Below, piece by piece: positions 11,427 to 24,031 of a stretch of 64,000 bases of DNA. This DNA comes from Mobula hypostoma (Eukaryota), in assembly GCF_963921235.1 (NCBI RefSeq), contig NC_086097.1, positions 155,498,001 through 155,562,000 on the forward strand, in the 5' to 3' direction. The translations under genes and the position numbers were made by a program. Numbering within the stretch: the first letter of the stretch is position 1; every line of letters starts with the position of its first letter. The notes beneath the pieces were generated by a model, which ran no database searches, had not been told where the DNA came from, and saw nothing but the letters and a program-made list of their open reading frames with translations.

Positions 11427-11498
11427 TAGGAAATAGTATAGCTGGAAGTACCAAGAGTTTTGATCTCTAGAGCATGGGTCTGAGTCCTATTTTTCCTC
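11427..11498 (+). pseudogene. NUMT tRNA-Gln
   Basis: TAGGAAATAGT...GAGTTTTGATCTC with TTG anticodon. Confidence 0.8.
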
Positions 11499-11508
11499 TC
11501 CTAAGCAT

Positions 11509-11583
11509 AGTTAAGGAGAAGAGTTGAACCTCTGAATCAAAGAGCTTTGGTCTTTTGCAATTAACAGGCTATGCCACCTGAAC
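11509..11583 (-). pseudogene. NUMT tRNA-Leu(UUR), followed only by the first bases of ND1
   Basis: GGTGGCATAGCCTGTTAATTGCAAAAGACC...AGAGGTTCAACTCTTCTCCTTAACT then ATG. Confidence 0.85.
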
Positions 11584-11584
11584 A

Positions 11585-12800
11585 AACTATCATCTTCGGT
11601 TTTAAAAAGTTACTCCCTTATAGGTGGGAAGGAAGCATACCTTGTGGTATTGGCTTCATTTTTCCAATCCTTACTGGGAAAAATATCATCATAGGTAGAA
11701 ACTGACCTCAATTACTTTGGTCTGAACTCAGATCACGTAGGACTATTAATCGTTGAACAAATGAACCCTGAATAGCGTCTACGCCATTAGGATGTCCTGA
11801 TCCAACATCGAGGTCGTAAACCCTTTCGGCGATGGGGACTCTAAGAAAGGATTGCGCTGTTATCCCTAGGGTAACTTGGTTCATTGATCAGGATAAGTTT
11901 CCTGGGTCATTGTTCGTTAGATTTTCTATTAACTAGAGATGTAACTCTAATTTTTAAGTGTAGTTATACACTGATTTGATAAGGTGGTTTTGTTTTTCCC
12001 CTTGGTCACCCCAACCGAAAACAAGTTAGGACGTTGATAGATGGTGTTTATGCTCTGAGGGTTTATGTTGTTAGGTTTCATGTAACGTCAGTGTTTAAAA
12101 CTCCATAGGGGCTTCTCGTCTTCTGGTGACATTCTCACTTTTATGCAAGAAGATCAATTTCATTGATTAGAAAATAGAGACAGGTTAACTCTTGTGATGC
12201 CTTTCATACTGGTCTTCAATTAAAAGGCAAGTGATTATGCTACAGTCAAGATACTGCTACCATTAAATAAATCACAGGGCAGCAGGACCTCTTATATTTG
12301 TGTTTGAAGCAAGAGCTGATATTTTTGGTAAACAGATGGTATTTTTGTTTGCCGAGTTCCTTTACTTTATTATAATCTTTACCAAAGATCACTCCTGTGT
12401 AGGATTAATGATAATTTGAATGGTGGTTTCTTGATTAATATCATTATAAAGCCTCAATGCTGGCATCTGTTAATTATCAGTGATTTAATTCTTTCAGACT
12501 TACACTAGTGTTACTGGGAGAGGAGTGACCTCTTATTACTCATTTTAGCATAAATTCTTTTATATATAAATAAAATCTAATAGATTATTGCAAAGAGTGT
12601 GAGTAGATGTTGCGAGTGATTGTTTCATGGAGGCTTGAGCTGACACTTGCTTTACAGGCGGCTGCTTTTCGACGCACTGAGACAAAATCCTTTTGGCATT
12701 GTAATCATTACCCATCCTGGAAAGTTGTTTCTTGATTCAGAAAAGCTGTACCTTTTTTGAATAATTGTTAATTTTTTCAAGAAAGCTTGGTTAAAATTTT
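11585..12800 (-). pseudogene. NUMT 16S rRNA, 3' portion
   Basis: Conserved blocks GGTCTGAACTCAGATCACGT, CCAACATCGAGGTCGTAAACCC, GCTGTTATCCCTAGGGTAAC, TTTTTGGTAAACAG. Confidence 0.93.
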
Positions 12801-12821
12801 TTTATTGTTCAGTTGAAAATT

Positions 12822-13140
12822 AATCAGAATCAGGTTTATTATCAATGACATGTGACATGAAATTTGTTAACTCAGCAGCAGCAATTGAATGCAATACATA
12901 ATATAGAAGAGGAAAAAAAATTAAATGAATAAATAAATGAGTACATCAATTACAGTACAGTATATGTACATTGAATAGTTTAAAACATGTGCAAATAACA
13001 AAAATGCTGTATATTTTTTTAAAAAGTGAGGTAGTGTCCAAGGGTTCAATGTCCATTTAGGAATCGAATGGCAGAGGGGAAGAAGCTGTTCCTGAATCGC
13101 TGAGTGTGTGCCTTCAGGCTTCTGCACCTCCTACCAAAGG
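12822..13140 (-). mobile_element. Rex1-type LINE 3' end; a related copy lies on + at about 55490-55795
   Basis: (TTCTGA)n-type tail and the CAGGAACAGCTTCTTCCCCTCTGC motif shared by both copies. Confidence 0.6.
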
Positions 13141-13370
13141 TATCAGACCATCCTAAATGCAGAGATCGCAGGGAATAGGAGGGTGAATGGAGTTGAAAGG
13201 GAATAATAAGTCAGCCATGATTGAAGAGCATAGTGGATCTGATGCACCAAATGACCTATTTCTACTTGTATATTTTATGGATTACACATTTAATCCCCTA
13301 AAATCCTGGAGACTCCAGGTCAGTCATAAAGAGTTTGCAACCCCTTCTTATCACAACTTTATCATAAATA

Positions 13371-13700
13371 GGAGGCACAGTAGCATAATGGTTAGCACAA
13401 TCACTTAACAGCGCCAGTGATCACAGATGGGGGTCAAATTCCAGCACTGTAAGGAATTTGTACATTCTCCCTATAACTGTGTGCATTTTCTCCAGGTGCT
13501 CAGGTATCCTCCCACATTCCAAACACATGGGTGTGGGTTAGTAAATTGTGAACATGCTGTGTTGGTACCAGAAACATGGGGAACTTGTGGGCAGCCCTCA
13601 GCACATTCTCAGATTATGCTGGTCACTGACCAAAAATAACACATTTCATTGCCTGTTTCTATATTTTGATGTACATGTGAAAAATAAAGCTAATCTTAAG
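13371..13700 (+). mobile_element. tRNA-derived SINE; related copies at about 18115-18420, 20935-21070 and 31425-31740
   Basis: tRNA-like head, TGTAAGGAGTTTGTA(C/T) and CCTCCCACATTCCAA core recur in each copy. Confidence 0.65.
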
Positions 13701-13766
13701 AATCATAATCTTAAATGCAGTGTAGATAATACATGAATGACATTAATAACATTGTCTTTTTGTTAG

Positions 13767-13968
13767 GGAAGCATGATTTCTTCATGACCAAGGATGGCTT
13801 TCTGTTCTTCCAGATGTCACCTGGAGGGGACATTTTCAACCAAGAACATGACAAGGTTTACCAAGACATGATGAAGCTACTCAATCAATATTACATTTCT
13901 TCCTCTCACAACACCTACCTGATTACGGATCAGCTGGAGGCTCCTGGTAGCACCAAGGCCTATATCAG
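13767..13968 (+). pseudogene. PLC-delta exon: EF-hand end and X-box start
   Basis: AG/GT flanked; MTKDGFL...VYQDM...YYISSSHNTYLITDQL...AYIR. Confidence 0.93.
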
Positions 13969-14006
13969 GTACTGGCGCCCCACTGAAGAAGGGGGCTTGG
14001 AATAAG

Positions 14007-14412
14007 TAATAATAATAAACAAGATAAACAAGCAATAAAAACTTATTTAATCAATATAGCCATTCCAATCACACACAACTTGAAGAAATCAGTAAGTGAA
14101 AAACACCAGAAATATACTGAATTAAAAGAGAAAATTGAAAGATTTTGGAACATGAAGAAGGTATACATTATCCCAATAATAATATCTACAACTGATGTCA
14201 TCTCTAAGGCACTACATAATAGCATCAAGCAATTTGGGCTACGCAGTAATAATTATGCAAATCTTCAGAAAGCCACAATACAAAACACCACTAGAATACT
14301 TCAAAAGCTCCTAGCAATTGACAAATGAGAGTGCTTGGCTATGCCTGTACCTCAGGTTTTACCAGCTTGAGCTGAGAAAAAATATGATGATGATAATAAT
14401 AATAATAATAAT
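14007..14412 (+). mobile_element. R4/Dong-type non-LTR element 3' fragment (restriction-like endonuclease)
   Basis: EKHQKYTELKEKIERFWNMKKVYIIPIIIS...LQKATIQNTTRILQKLL followed by a (TAA)n tail. Confidence 0.75.
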
Positions 14413-14634
14413 CCCTCTGGCCCAACAGGCCACATTGCCCAACAGTCCACTTGTTAAACACTACCTAATCACAGGACAATGACCAATTAACCTATCATCT
14501 GGTATGTTTTTGGACTGTGGGAGGAATCCAGACCAAACACAGCCACAAGGATAATGTACAAATTCCTTACATTTTCAGGCCCCATTCCCAAGGAGAGATG
14601 TGCTGGTACAGAGGAGGTTTGCAAGAACAATCCC

Positions 14635-16452
14635 AGGAAAAAAAGGCCTTGGCAAGTAGGGTAAAGGAAAACCCCAAGGCATTCTTCAATTATGTGAAGA
14701 AAAAAAGGATGACAGGAGTGAAGGTAGGACCGATTAGAGATAAAGGTGGGAAGATGTGCCTGGAGGCTGTGGAAGTGAGCGAGGTTCTCAGTGAATACTT
14801 CTCTTCGGTATTCACAAATGAGAGGGAACTTGATGATGAGGACAATATGAGTGAGGTTGATGTTCTGGAGCATGTTGATATTAAGGGAGAGGAGGTGTTG
14901 GGGTTGTTAAAATACATTAGGACGGATAAGTCCCCGGGGCCTGACGGAATATTCCCCAGGCTGCTCCACGAGGTGAGGGAAGAGATTGCTGAGCCTCTGG
15001 CTAGGATCTTTATGTCCTCGTTGTCCACGGGAATGGTACCGGAGGATTGGAGGGAGGCGAATGTTGTCCCCTTGTTCAAAAAAGTTGGTAGGGATAGTCC
15101 GGATAATTATGGACTAGTGAGCCTTGCGTCTGTAGTGGGAAAGGTGTTGGAAAAGACTATTAGAGATAGGATCTCTGGGCATTTAGAGAATCATGGTCTG
15201 ATCAGGAATAGTCAGCATGGCTTTGTGAAGGGCAGATTGTGTCTAACAAGCCTGATAGAGTTCTTTGAGGAGGTGACCAGGCATATAGATGAGGGTAGTG
15301 CAGTGGTTGTGATCTATATGGATTTTAGTAAGACATTTGACAAGGTTCCACACAGTAGGCTTATTCAGAAAGTCAGAAGGCATGGGATCCAGGGAAGTTT
15401 GGCCAGGTGGATTCAGAATTGACTTGCCTGCAGAAGGCAGAGGGTCGTGGTGGAGGGAGTACATTCAGATTGGAGGATTGTGACTAGTGGTGTCCCACAA
15501 GGATCTGTCTGGGACCTCTACTTTTCATGATTTTTATTAACGACCTGGATGTGGGGGTAGAAGGGTGGGTTGGCAAGTTTGCAGACGACACAAAGGTTGG
15601 TGGTGTTGTACATAGTGTAGAGGATTGTCAAAGATTGCAGAGAGACATTGATAGGATGCAGAAGTGGGCTGAGAAGTGGCAGGTGAAGTTCAACCAAGAG
15701 AAGTGTGAAGTGGTACACTTTGGAAGGACAAACTCCAAGGCAGAGTACAAAGTAAACAGCAGGATACTTGGTAGTGTGGAGGAGCAGAGGGATCTGGGGG
15801 TACATGTCCACAGATCCCTGAAAGTTGCCTCACAGGTGGATAGGGTAGTTAAGAAAGCTTATGGGGTGTTAGCTTCATAAGTCGAGGGACAGAGTTTAAG
15901 AGTCGCGATGTAATGATGCAGCTCTATAAAACTCTAGTTAGGCCACACTTGGAGTACTGTGTCCAGTTCTGGTTGCCTCACTATAGGAAGGATGTGGAAG
16001 CACTGGAAAGGGTACAAAGGAGATTTACCAGGACGCTGCCTGGTTTAGAGAGTATGCATTATGATCAGCGATTAAGGGAGCCAGGGCTTTACTTTTTGGA
16101 GAGAAGGAGGATGAGAGGAGACATGATAGAGGTGTACAAGATAATGAGAGGAATAGATAGAGTGGATAGCCAGCGCCTCTTCCCCAGGGCACCACTGCTC
16201 AGTACAAGAGGACATGGCTTTAAGGTAAGGGGTGGGAAGTTCAAGGGGGATATTAGAGGAAAGTTTTTTACTCAGAGAGTGGTTGGTGCGTGGAATGCAC
16301 TGCCTGAGTCAGTGGTGGAGGCAGATACACTAGTGAAGTTTAAGAGACTACTGGACAGGTACATGGAGTTGGGGGCTTATACGGGAAGCAGGGTTTGAGG
16401 GTCAGCACAACATTGTGGGCCGAAGGGCCTGTACTGTACTATTCTATGTTCT
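14635..16452 (+). mobile_element. CR1 LINE, 5'-truncated ORF2
   Basis: KSPGPDGIFPRLL, DFSKTFDKVPH, KFADDTK, LVRPHLEYCVQFW; TTCTATG tail. Confidence 0.95.
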
Positions 16453-16682
16453 ATTAATGTATGAGAAATGTTTGATGTCTCTGGGACTGTAGCTGATGGG
16501 ATTGAGAAGGATAAGCAGGAAGTGATGGAGAGGTAAATCTCACTGGACCTACTGGTTATTGAATGGTCTGGATGGAGTGAACATGGAAAGGATGTTTCTT
16601 ATGGGAGAGTTTGAATGGAAAGACATCCCTTTAGAACAGAGATTAGAAGAAATTTCTTCAGCCGGGTATGGTGAATCTATGG

Positions 16683-17670
16683 ATTTTTTTTCTTTTCAAA
16701 TCTTTTTATTGTTATATTATACAAAAGAAATAACACGAGTACATTGAAGTAACAACACTTACAATGTCTCAAAAAAGACATTATCTTAAAGATTGAAAAA
16801 AAATTGTGACAACAAAGAAAACCTACTAAGCAGAAAAAGTGAGGGGAAAAAACCCATTAGGTGTACAACCCCGGAGCCATGCGTCATACAAAAAGCTTCT
16901 AAAAATAAACATCAAACCGCCAGCAAAAAAAGAAAATATACCAAAAAATTTACACTTAGATCGTGGAAAAAAATCTATCAATTAGCTCAAATGATAATAA
17001 CGAGCAAATGAGCCCCATCTTTTCTCAAAATCAAATTAAGGTTCAAAGGTTCGACTTATAATTTTCTCCAAACTAAGACATAGCATCACTTGAGAGAAGT
17101 GACAAAATGGGAGCTGATGTATCCTTCCACTTCAACAAAATGGTCCTTCTAGCTATCAATGTAACAAATGCAATAACATGTTGGTCAGACACAGAAATAC
17201 CATGAATATTTTGAGGAATTATTCCAAAAAGCACAGTTAATTTATTAGGTTGTAGATTAATTTTAAGTGCTTTAGAAATTGTTGAAAAAACTGACTTCCA
17301 AAACTGTTCCAATATAGAACAAGACCAAAACATAGGTGTCAGTGTAGCTATCTCAGTTTTACATCTATCACAACAACTATCAACATTAGAAAAGATTTTA
17401 GAAAGCCTCTCCTTCATCAAATGATAACAATGTACAATTTTAAATTGAATCAATGAATAGCTAGCACAAACTGAAGAAGAGTTAACCAACTTCAAAATCC
17501 GCATCCAATCCTCGGTCATAAAAGTCAAATTGAGTTCCTTTTCCCAATCCTGTTTAACCTTAGATAAAGGACGCTTATCCCATTGTAATAATAAATTATA
17601 AATTCTTCCAATAGTACCCTTGATTGAAGGATTCATACTCATAATAGTATCTAACAGGTCTAATCCCATC
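16683..17670 (-). mobile_element. L1-type LINE 3' end
   Basis: C-terminal zinc finger region CDRCK...PMFWSC; AATAAA and A-rich tail at about 16683-16710 on the minus strand. Confidence 0.85.
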
Positions 17671-19249
17671 AGTGATCAAAGGGCGGGCGTTCGGTGCTGA
17701 ACCCTTGTTTGCCTTCCCTGTTCACCTTGTTGCTGTAATCTTCCTTGACGCTTTAATCCACAAATAATAGATGCTTTGATCAGTAAAATGAAGTCAAACT
17801 TTTGCTCATGACCTGTCTCGTAGTTTCTTTACCTCGCGGTCTTGAGGATTTGACCTTGAGTTTGTACTTACTTCGTGGAATCTTCCTAGTGGCAGCAAAG
17901 TGCTGGATCACTCGGTCAATCTCCAGATTGTAAATCCTAGGCTCTGACAGTTCCAGAAACATGTTTAAGATGAAAAACTGGCATAAAAGAAGCAAAATAA
18001 GCAGTTTCATGGCGTGAAAGATGTCAACCAAGGGTGCATTGTACTCTGGCACCATCTTGACACAATGCAGCTGGCATAAACATAAAACAACAAATATCAC
18101 AACATTTGGGAGGAAGGTGGCATGGTAGCACAGCGGCTAGCGTAGCACTGTTACAGTGCCGGAGATCAGGGTTTAATTCCTGCTGCTGTTTGTAAGGAGT
18201 TTGTATGTTCTCCCCATGACAAAGTGAATTTCCACTGGGTGCTGAGTTTCCTCCCACATTCCAACGATGTACAGGTTAATAGGTTGATAAGCTGAGGACT
18301 TGCTATGTTGGCGCCAGAAGTGTGGCAACATATGCAGGCTGCCTCTACCAGATCTTTGACACCAACGACACATTTCTCTGTGTCTTTTGATGTTGTAATG
18401 TAGATGTGACAAATAGAGCTAATTATTTAATCTTTAAAACCTGGGTAAGAATTACACAGTGAATGGTAGGACCCTCAGGTGTGTAGTAGCACCTTAGAAT
18501 ACAGATCCATAATTCCTTGAATACAGCATCACAGGTAGATAGAATTATAAAGAGAACTCTTGGAACATAAGAGATTCATAAATAGGGGGAGTGGAGTACT
18601 CAGTTAGGTACGGTTGGTATGGTCTTAACAAATCATAATGAGTACACCTTGCCAGATCAAAGCTTGTGCCATAATATAAACCTTTTACTTCATAATCCAT
18701 GTTCTTGTACTTTATTGCTTGCCTGCACTGTACTTCTCTGGGCCTTTACACTTTAGAACATAAAACATAGAACAGTACATCTCTGTTGAGGGTCTTCGGC
18801 CCGCAATGTTCTGACGACCTCTTAACCAACTTTAATATCAAACTAATGCTTCTCTCCCACACAGCCCTCTGTTTTCCTATCATTCATGTGTCCATCTATG
18901 AGGTTCTTAAGTGCACCTGCCTCTCCGGCCACCTGTGGCAATGCATGCCAGGCACTCACCCACCACTGTCTGTAAAAATGCTACCTCTGACACTCCCCCC
19001 ATGCAGTGCTTTCATCCAATCACCTTCAAATTATACCCCTTTGTATTAGCCATGACTGCTCTCAGGCTATTCACTCTATCAATATCTCTCATCTTATTCT
19101 GCATTGTTTTTTTTGGACATTGTTGTGTTTCAGTGCACAGTGTAATGATTTGAGCAGTATCCAAATCAAAGAGAAAACTTCTTTACTATCTCCTCACTGT
19201 AGACAGAAGCTTGGTCTCCATGCCATCATGGTGTGGTGTTTGATTCCAG

Positions 19250-19390
19250 GTCACTCCCTACCTTCTCATCCTCTTCCTGAAGACCCATTGCCACACAGAA
19301 CAGCAGAAGGTCATGGTGCAGCACATGAAAACCTTTGTGGGGGACAAGCTGCTGTACAGGAGCTTCAACAGGAAGGTGCCTTCACCTGAG
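19250..19390 (+). pseudogene. PLC-delta exon: X-box C-terminal part
   Basis: AG/GT; VTPYLLILFLKTHCHTEQQKVMVQHM...PSPE. Confidence 0.9.
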
Positions 19391-20448
19391 GTAAGGAGTA
19401 GACTGGGCTTTATTCAAACAACATCCACCAACCAGACAGGGCCCTGCTGAACTGCATATTTCTATGGACCTTGTGACATCTGCTGTCTCCCCATCCTCCG
19501 AGACCATGTTGTGTCTGGTTGGGAGTCCTGCGGATGTGTACCAGAGCTCTGCCGATGACAGTCTCCGTCTGACATATTTGCCTGGGCTGTTGAAGGTGGA
19601 GCACATCCCACCAACACCAGAATGACGCAGAAATACTACTCATTGCTCCTGAGATGGCAAGTCTATCTGTAGAAGGAAACATTTAACAGTGGGTGAATTC
19701 AGCAACAGTGCCATAACACCAGATTCTGATTCAGATTTACTTATCACACCTACATTGAAAGATTAAGTGAAATGCATTGTTTGTGTGAACAACCAACCTA
19801 CCCAAGGATGTGCCGGGGCTGCCTACAAGTGAGGGCACTCATTCCAGTGCCGTCATACCTGTAGTGTGCCCACAAACCTCAGCAAAACAACAGAAAACAA
19901 CAAAATAGAATAGACCAAGTTCCGAAACATCAACAGCAAAACAAACCCCTTCCCTCACTCTCTCCTTCAATATATATATACACACAGACTCTCTCACTCT
20001 CGCTTTCTCTCCTTCAACCCTCAGGACAGGCCTCCAGTGCGCTCAGACTTGTGAACATTGAGCTTCTGACTTCCTCAGGAAACTTGCTCTTGAGGTGTAG
20101 AAAATCATGATGGGTACTTAAAGGGTGAACTCGACACAGTTTCTTTTCCAAAGATCGAGGAATCAAGAACTACAGGGGAGAGGGTAAGAGATTTAATAGG
20201 AATCTAAGGGGAACATTTTTCACTCAGAGAGTCATTGTTACATGGAATGAGCTGTCAGGTGAGCAAGTGAGTATATGAACAACATTTAAAAGATACTTGG
20301 ACAAGTACCTGGGTTCAAAGATTTAGAGGTATACGGGCCAAACACTGGCAAGTGGGTCTAAATGGGAATCTTGTTCAGATGGATGAGATGGACTGAACAG
20401 CCTGTTGTCATGCTGTATGACTCTATGCTCACTCATTTGTTGCTTCTT

Positions 20449-20583
20449 GGAAAGATCCTAGTGAAGGTCAAGAGATTGAATTAGCTGGAAGACTATCAGA
20501 TCTCCGAGAATGACGAGGTCTCGGATGAAGATGAGGCTGTCAAATGCAGGAGGATGCAAGAAAGTGGAACTTTAAAAACAGAA
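20449..20583 (+). pseudogene. PLC-delta exon: X-box end and linker, disabled
   Basis: GKILVKVKRLN*...VSDEDEA; TAG at 20482-20484; acceptor lost; 1-nt deletion after EA. Confidence 0.85.
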
Positions 20584-22712
20584 GTGGGTCCCGTTTCCCT
20601 TCCTTCACTGGCCCTCACTGAATTTCTTGCCTCCATTCCTTGCCCACTCATTCCAGCTCTCTCTTCCTTGGTCCTTCATTCACCCAAGTATCCCATATTT
20701 TCTGTCTTGCTTGGTCAGCCCCTCCCTCACTCACTCACCCTCGCACAATCTCCCTCCTGCCCTCTCATATTCACATACTCCCACTTTCACTCCCTCATTC
20801 AACCTCTCCCTCTTCCGTACTCTTTCTCCTTTCATTTATTCCATCCCTCCTTCAGTCATTCAGTTTCAGATTCTTTTATTTACCACATGTACAGAGAACC
20901 ACGGAGTGAAATGTGTCACCTATGTTAACAACTAGGACACCATGGTATCAGAGTAGTTAGCAAAACATTATTAAAGTTCAGGGTGTTGGATTTTGGTATT
21001 CATTTCCTGCCATCTCTGTAAGGTGTCCCTATATGTCCTTACCGTGGAATGCGTGGGTTTTCTCTGGTCACATGTACAGAGAAAGTTACAGTGAAATGTG
21101 TCATTTGTGTTAACAACCAACAGACCCAAGGACGACTACAGATCATGCCCACAATTTTCAGCAGAACAAGACGGAAATGACCTTCTAGCAGTCTCGTGGA
21201 TTCGCAGATGTTCTGCCTTTGAATTCCCCAGTATACTCACAGAGCTGTCAGCAGGTTCTGGAGTGTGAGTTCTATGTTGGTAGGAGGAATAAATTCCAAT
21301 AACCTCCTGGGTTCCTGAATTGCTGAGAATGGAGTTTGATGCCCAATGTTCACCACTGCCAAGTCCAAGGTCCGAAAGCTTGTTGTTTGGTGATCGGCAA
21401 GCCCTTGGATCAATGCTATGGATCCAGTCCCAAGGAAGAATCAGGTTTCTGGAAGTTGAGGCCTGGAAAATGGAACATGTGCCAATACTTTGGGCCTCTC
21501 CTCAGCACATCCTGAGGACTCTTGGTTGTCAATGTAAACAATGCACTTTATTGTGGGTTTCAGTGTACATGTTACAAGTAAACTTGAATCTTGTTGAATT
21601 CTAAACTTCTGATCGAACTTCGTGCTTCATTCTGGATTTCACATGTCCTCTACACTTCCTCCTTCCATCTGTCCCTCACTTGCTTCTATCATTCTCGTCG
21701 ACTGATCTCTACGTGAAGCTCTGACTTTACTGATCTCTGACCCTCTCGTCTCTTGCTTCCCTCCCATTTGTCCCATCGTTTGATGGCTCTGGGCCTATAT
21801 TTACTGTAATTCAGAAGAATGAGAGATGACCTTATTGAAACCTATCGAATGTTGAAAGGCCTCAATAAAGTGGAAGTGGAAAGAATGTTTCCTATAGAGA
21901 GAAAGTCTTGGACCAGGGGCCAAAGCCACAGAATAGAGGGGAACCTTTCAGAACAGAGGTCAGGAGGAATTTCTTGGCCAGAGAATGGTGAATTTGTTGA
22001 ATTCATTGTAACAGGCAGCTGTGGAGGCCAAGTATTTACATATGGTTAAGGGAGAGGTTGATAGATTTTTGATTGTTCAGGACATGAAGGGATATGGGGA
22101 GAAGGCAGGAGATTGGGGGTAGAAGGATGAAATAATGGAATGGTAGGGCAGACATGATGGGTTAAAAAGCCTAATTCTGTTCCTACTTCTTATGGTGTTA
22201 TTGTCCTACATTATTAAACTAGAAAGAGTGCAGAAGAGATTTACCAGGATGCTTCTCAGACTTGGTGGCTGGAGTTATAATGACAGAGTGCATAAATAAA
22301 TTTTGTTTCCTGGAATATATGAGATAAAGGGGTGACCTGATAGAAGCGTTTAATATCATAAGGGGCGTGGACAGAATAAAACCACAGAGATTTTTTTCCC
22401 CACAGAGAGGGTGCTACGGCAAGAGGGCATAGATTTAAGACCAGAGCAGAGAGATTTATAAAGGACATCAAGGGCATCTTTTTCATTCAGTGAATGTTGT
22501 ATATTGAGAAAGAATTACAGGAGATAGTAGTTGAGGTGGGGGCATTAACGTTATTGAAAGGCATCTTGAAGAGTACATAGACAGGACAGGTTTAGAGGGC
22601 CATAGGCTAAGCATAGATAGGACCAGCTCGCTGGGCAATGCCATTGGCATGGACAAGATGGGCTGTTTCCTTGCTGCATGATTTTGTTCCCAGTAGTTAA
22701 ATGTTTGGCCAC

Positions 22713-22801
22713 AACTGGAGCTGTGCAGAGGTCCCAGGAAGATTGAGGAAGGCCTCCAGAAGAACTTATAACAGGTGGTTAAGGCTAAGCCCCTGAGATA
22801 A
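22713..22801 (+). pseudogene. Candidate extra X-Y linker exon (copy B counterpart at 54472-54559)
   Basis: 89 nt, phase 1 to phase 0; GT donor kept in A, AG acceptor kept in B. Confidence 0.5.
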
Positions 22802-23076
22802 GTACTCACTGGCACCCTTGATGAGCACTGAGCTGACCACAAGATTGATTTGCTAAGAATAGGAATCAACTTTATTATTACTGGGTGGCAGAGGTCCTTA
22901 ATAATGGATGCCACCTTCTTGAAACACTGCTGACCCCAAGGAGAGGGCTGGTGTGTGTGATCCCTCGACTTCCTCTTCCTGAAGTCCACCATCATTTCTT
23001 TGGTCTTGCTGACACTGAAGTTTGCTCAGTGAACTGTGGCAGGATAACCTGTATATCCGTGACATCTTCCTTCCAG

Positions 23077-23231
23077 GGTGCAAAGGTCCAGCTGTCCAAG
23101 GAGCTGCCCGACCTGCTCATCTGCATGATCTTCCACTTCAACAGGTTTGGATGTGCCATGAGCAACCAGGTCTTTTATAATATATTGTCCTTTTGTGGAA
23201 AACAAGTTCAGTAAACTGGTGTAGCATTCGG
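23077..23231 (+). pseudogene. PLC-delta exon: Y-box start, disabled
   Basis: LSKELPDLLIC...FYNILSF; +1 frameshift; TAG at 23222-23224; AG/GT. Confidence 0.88.
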
Positions 23232-23400
23232 GTACATGAAGAGTTGTAATATATCAAAGTTCAAAGACTTCACTCTGTCGATACAAAACCTGTTCCATAA
23301 AGTTTCTAAAGAAAAAGGGCCAATACCTACTGAGTAGTCTGACTGAAGTTGATAATTCGGTAATTTCTAGAAATAGAGATCCGGGATAGAATTCGCAGTT

Positions 23401-24031
23401 AGATTAGATTAGATTATGAGGACACGTAGTCCTCTTTTATTGTCATTTAGTAATGCATGCATTAAGAAGTGATACCATATTCCTCCGGTGTGATATCACA
23501 GAAACACAGGACAGACCAAGACTGAAAAACAGACAAAAACCACATAATTATAACATATAGTTACAACAGTGCAAGCAATACCATAACTTGATGAAGAACA
23601 GGCCATGAGCACGGTAAAAAAGTTCAAAGTCTCTCGGAAGTCCCACATCTCACGCAGACGGGAGAAGGAAGAAAACTCTCCCTGCCATACCCGACCAGAG
23701 TCCGACTCTAAGTTGTCCGAAAACTTCGAGCTCCGACCAGCCCTCTGACACCGAGCACCATCTCTGCTGAGTGCTTCGACCCCAGCCCCAGCTGCCAGCA
23801 GCAGGCAAAGCTGAGAATCTTGGGGCCTTCCCTCCAGAGATTCTCGATCGCACAGTAGCAGCGGCAGTGAACCGGGCATTTCAGAAGTTACTCCAGATGT
23901 TCCTCCGTGCTCTCGTGGCAGTCTCCATCAAATCAGAATTGTGCACGGTATCCTATTTAACAAATACGATATCATTTCACTGGAGAGGCTACGCGCGCTG
24001 CGTCGCGCCGCCATCTTCTCCTCCCGCCACC
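23401..24031 (-). mobile_element. Short non-autonomous retroposon with (AATCT)n tail
   Basis: GC-rich 5' end AAGATGGCGGCGCG; absent at the paralogous site in copy B (about 55137). Confidence 0.75.

Larger units (their letters stand above)
6320..12800 (-). pseudogene. Nuclear mitochondrial insertion (NUMT): 16S-L-Q-M-ND2-(A)-N-OL-C-Y-COI / ND4L-ND4, decayed and internally deleted
   Basis: Recognisable 16S conserved blocks, tRNAs, and ND2/COI/ND4 peptides in vertebrate mtDNA order, with many indels and stops. Confidence 0.95.

Noticed and set aside
6320..12800. Misassembled real mtDNA or functional tRNA/rRNA genes
   Set aside because: Heavy decay, mutated anticodons, and a retroelement inserted with a TSD show nuclear residence
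14577..14635. TTTTCAG acceptor-like site where the missing catalytic PLC exon is expected
   Set aside because: Downstream translation does not resemble ALxKGCRCxELDCWDG
17780..18100. 106-aa ORF with a hydrophobic stretch
   Set aside because: No recognisable domain; overlaps repeat-like sequence
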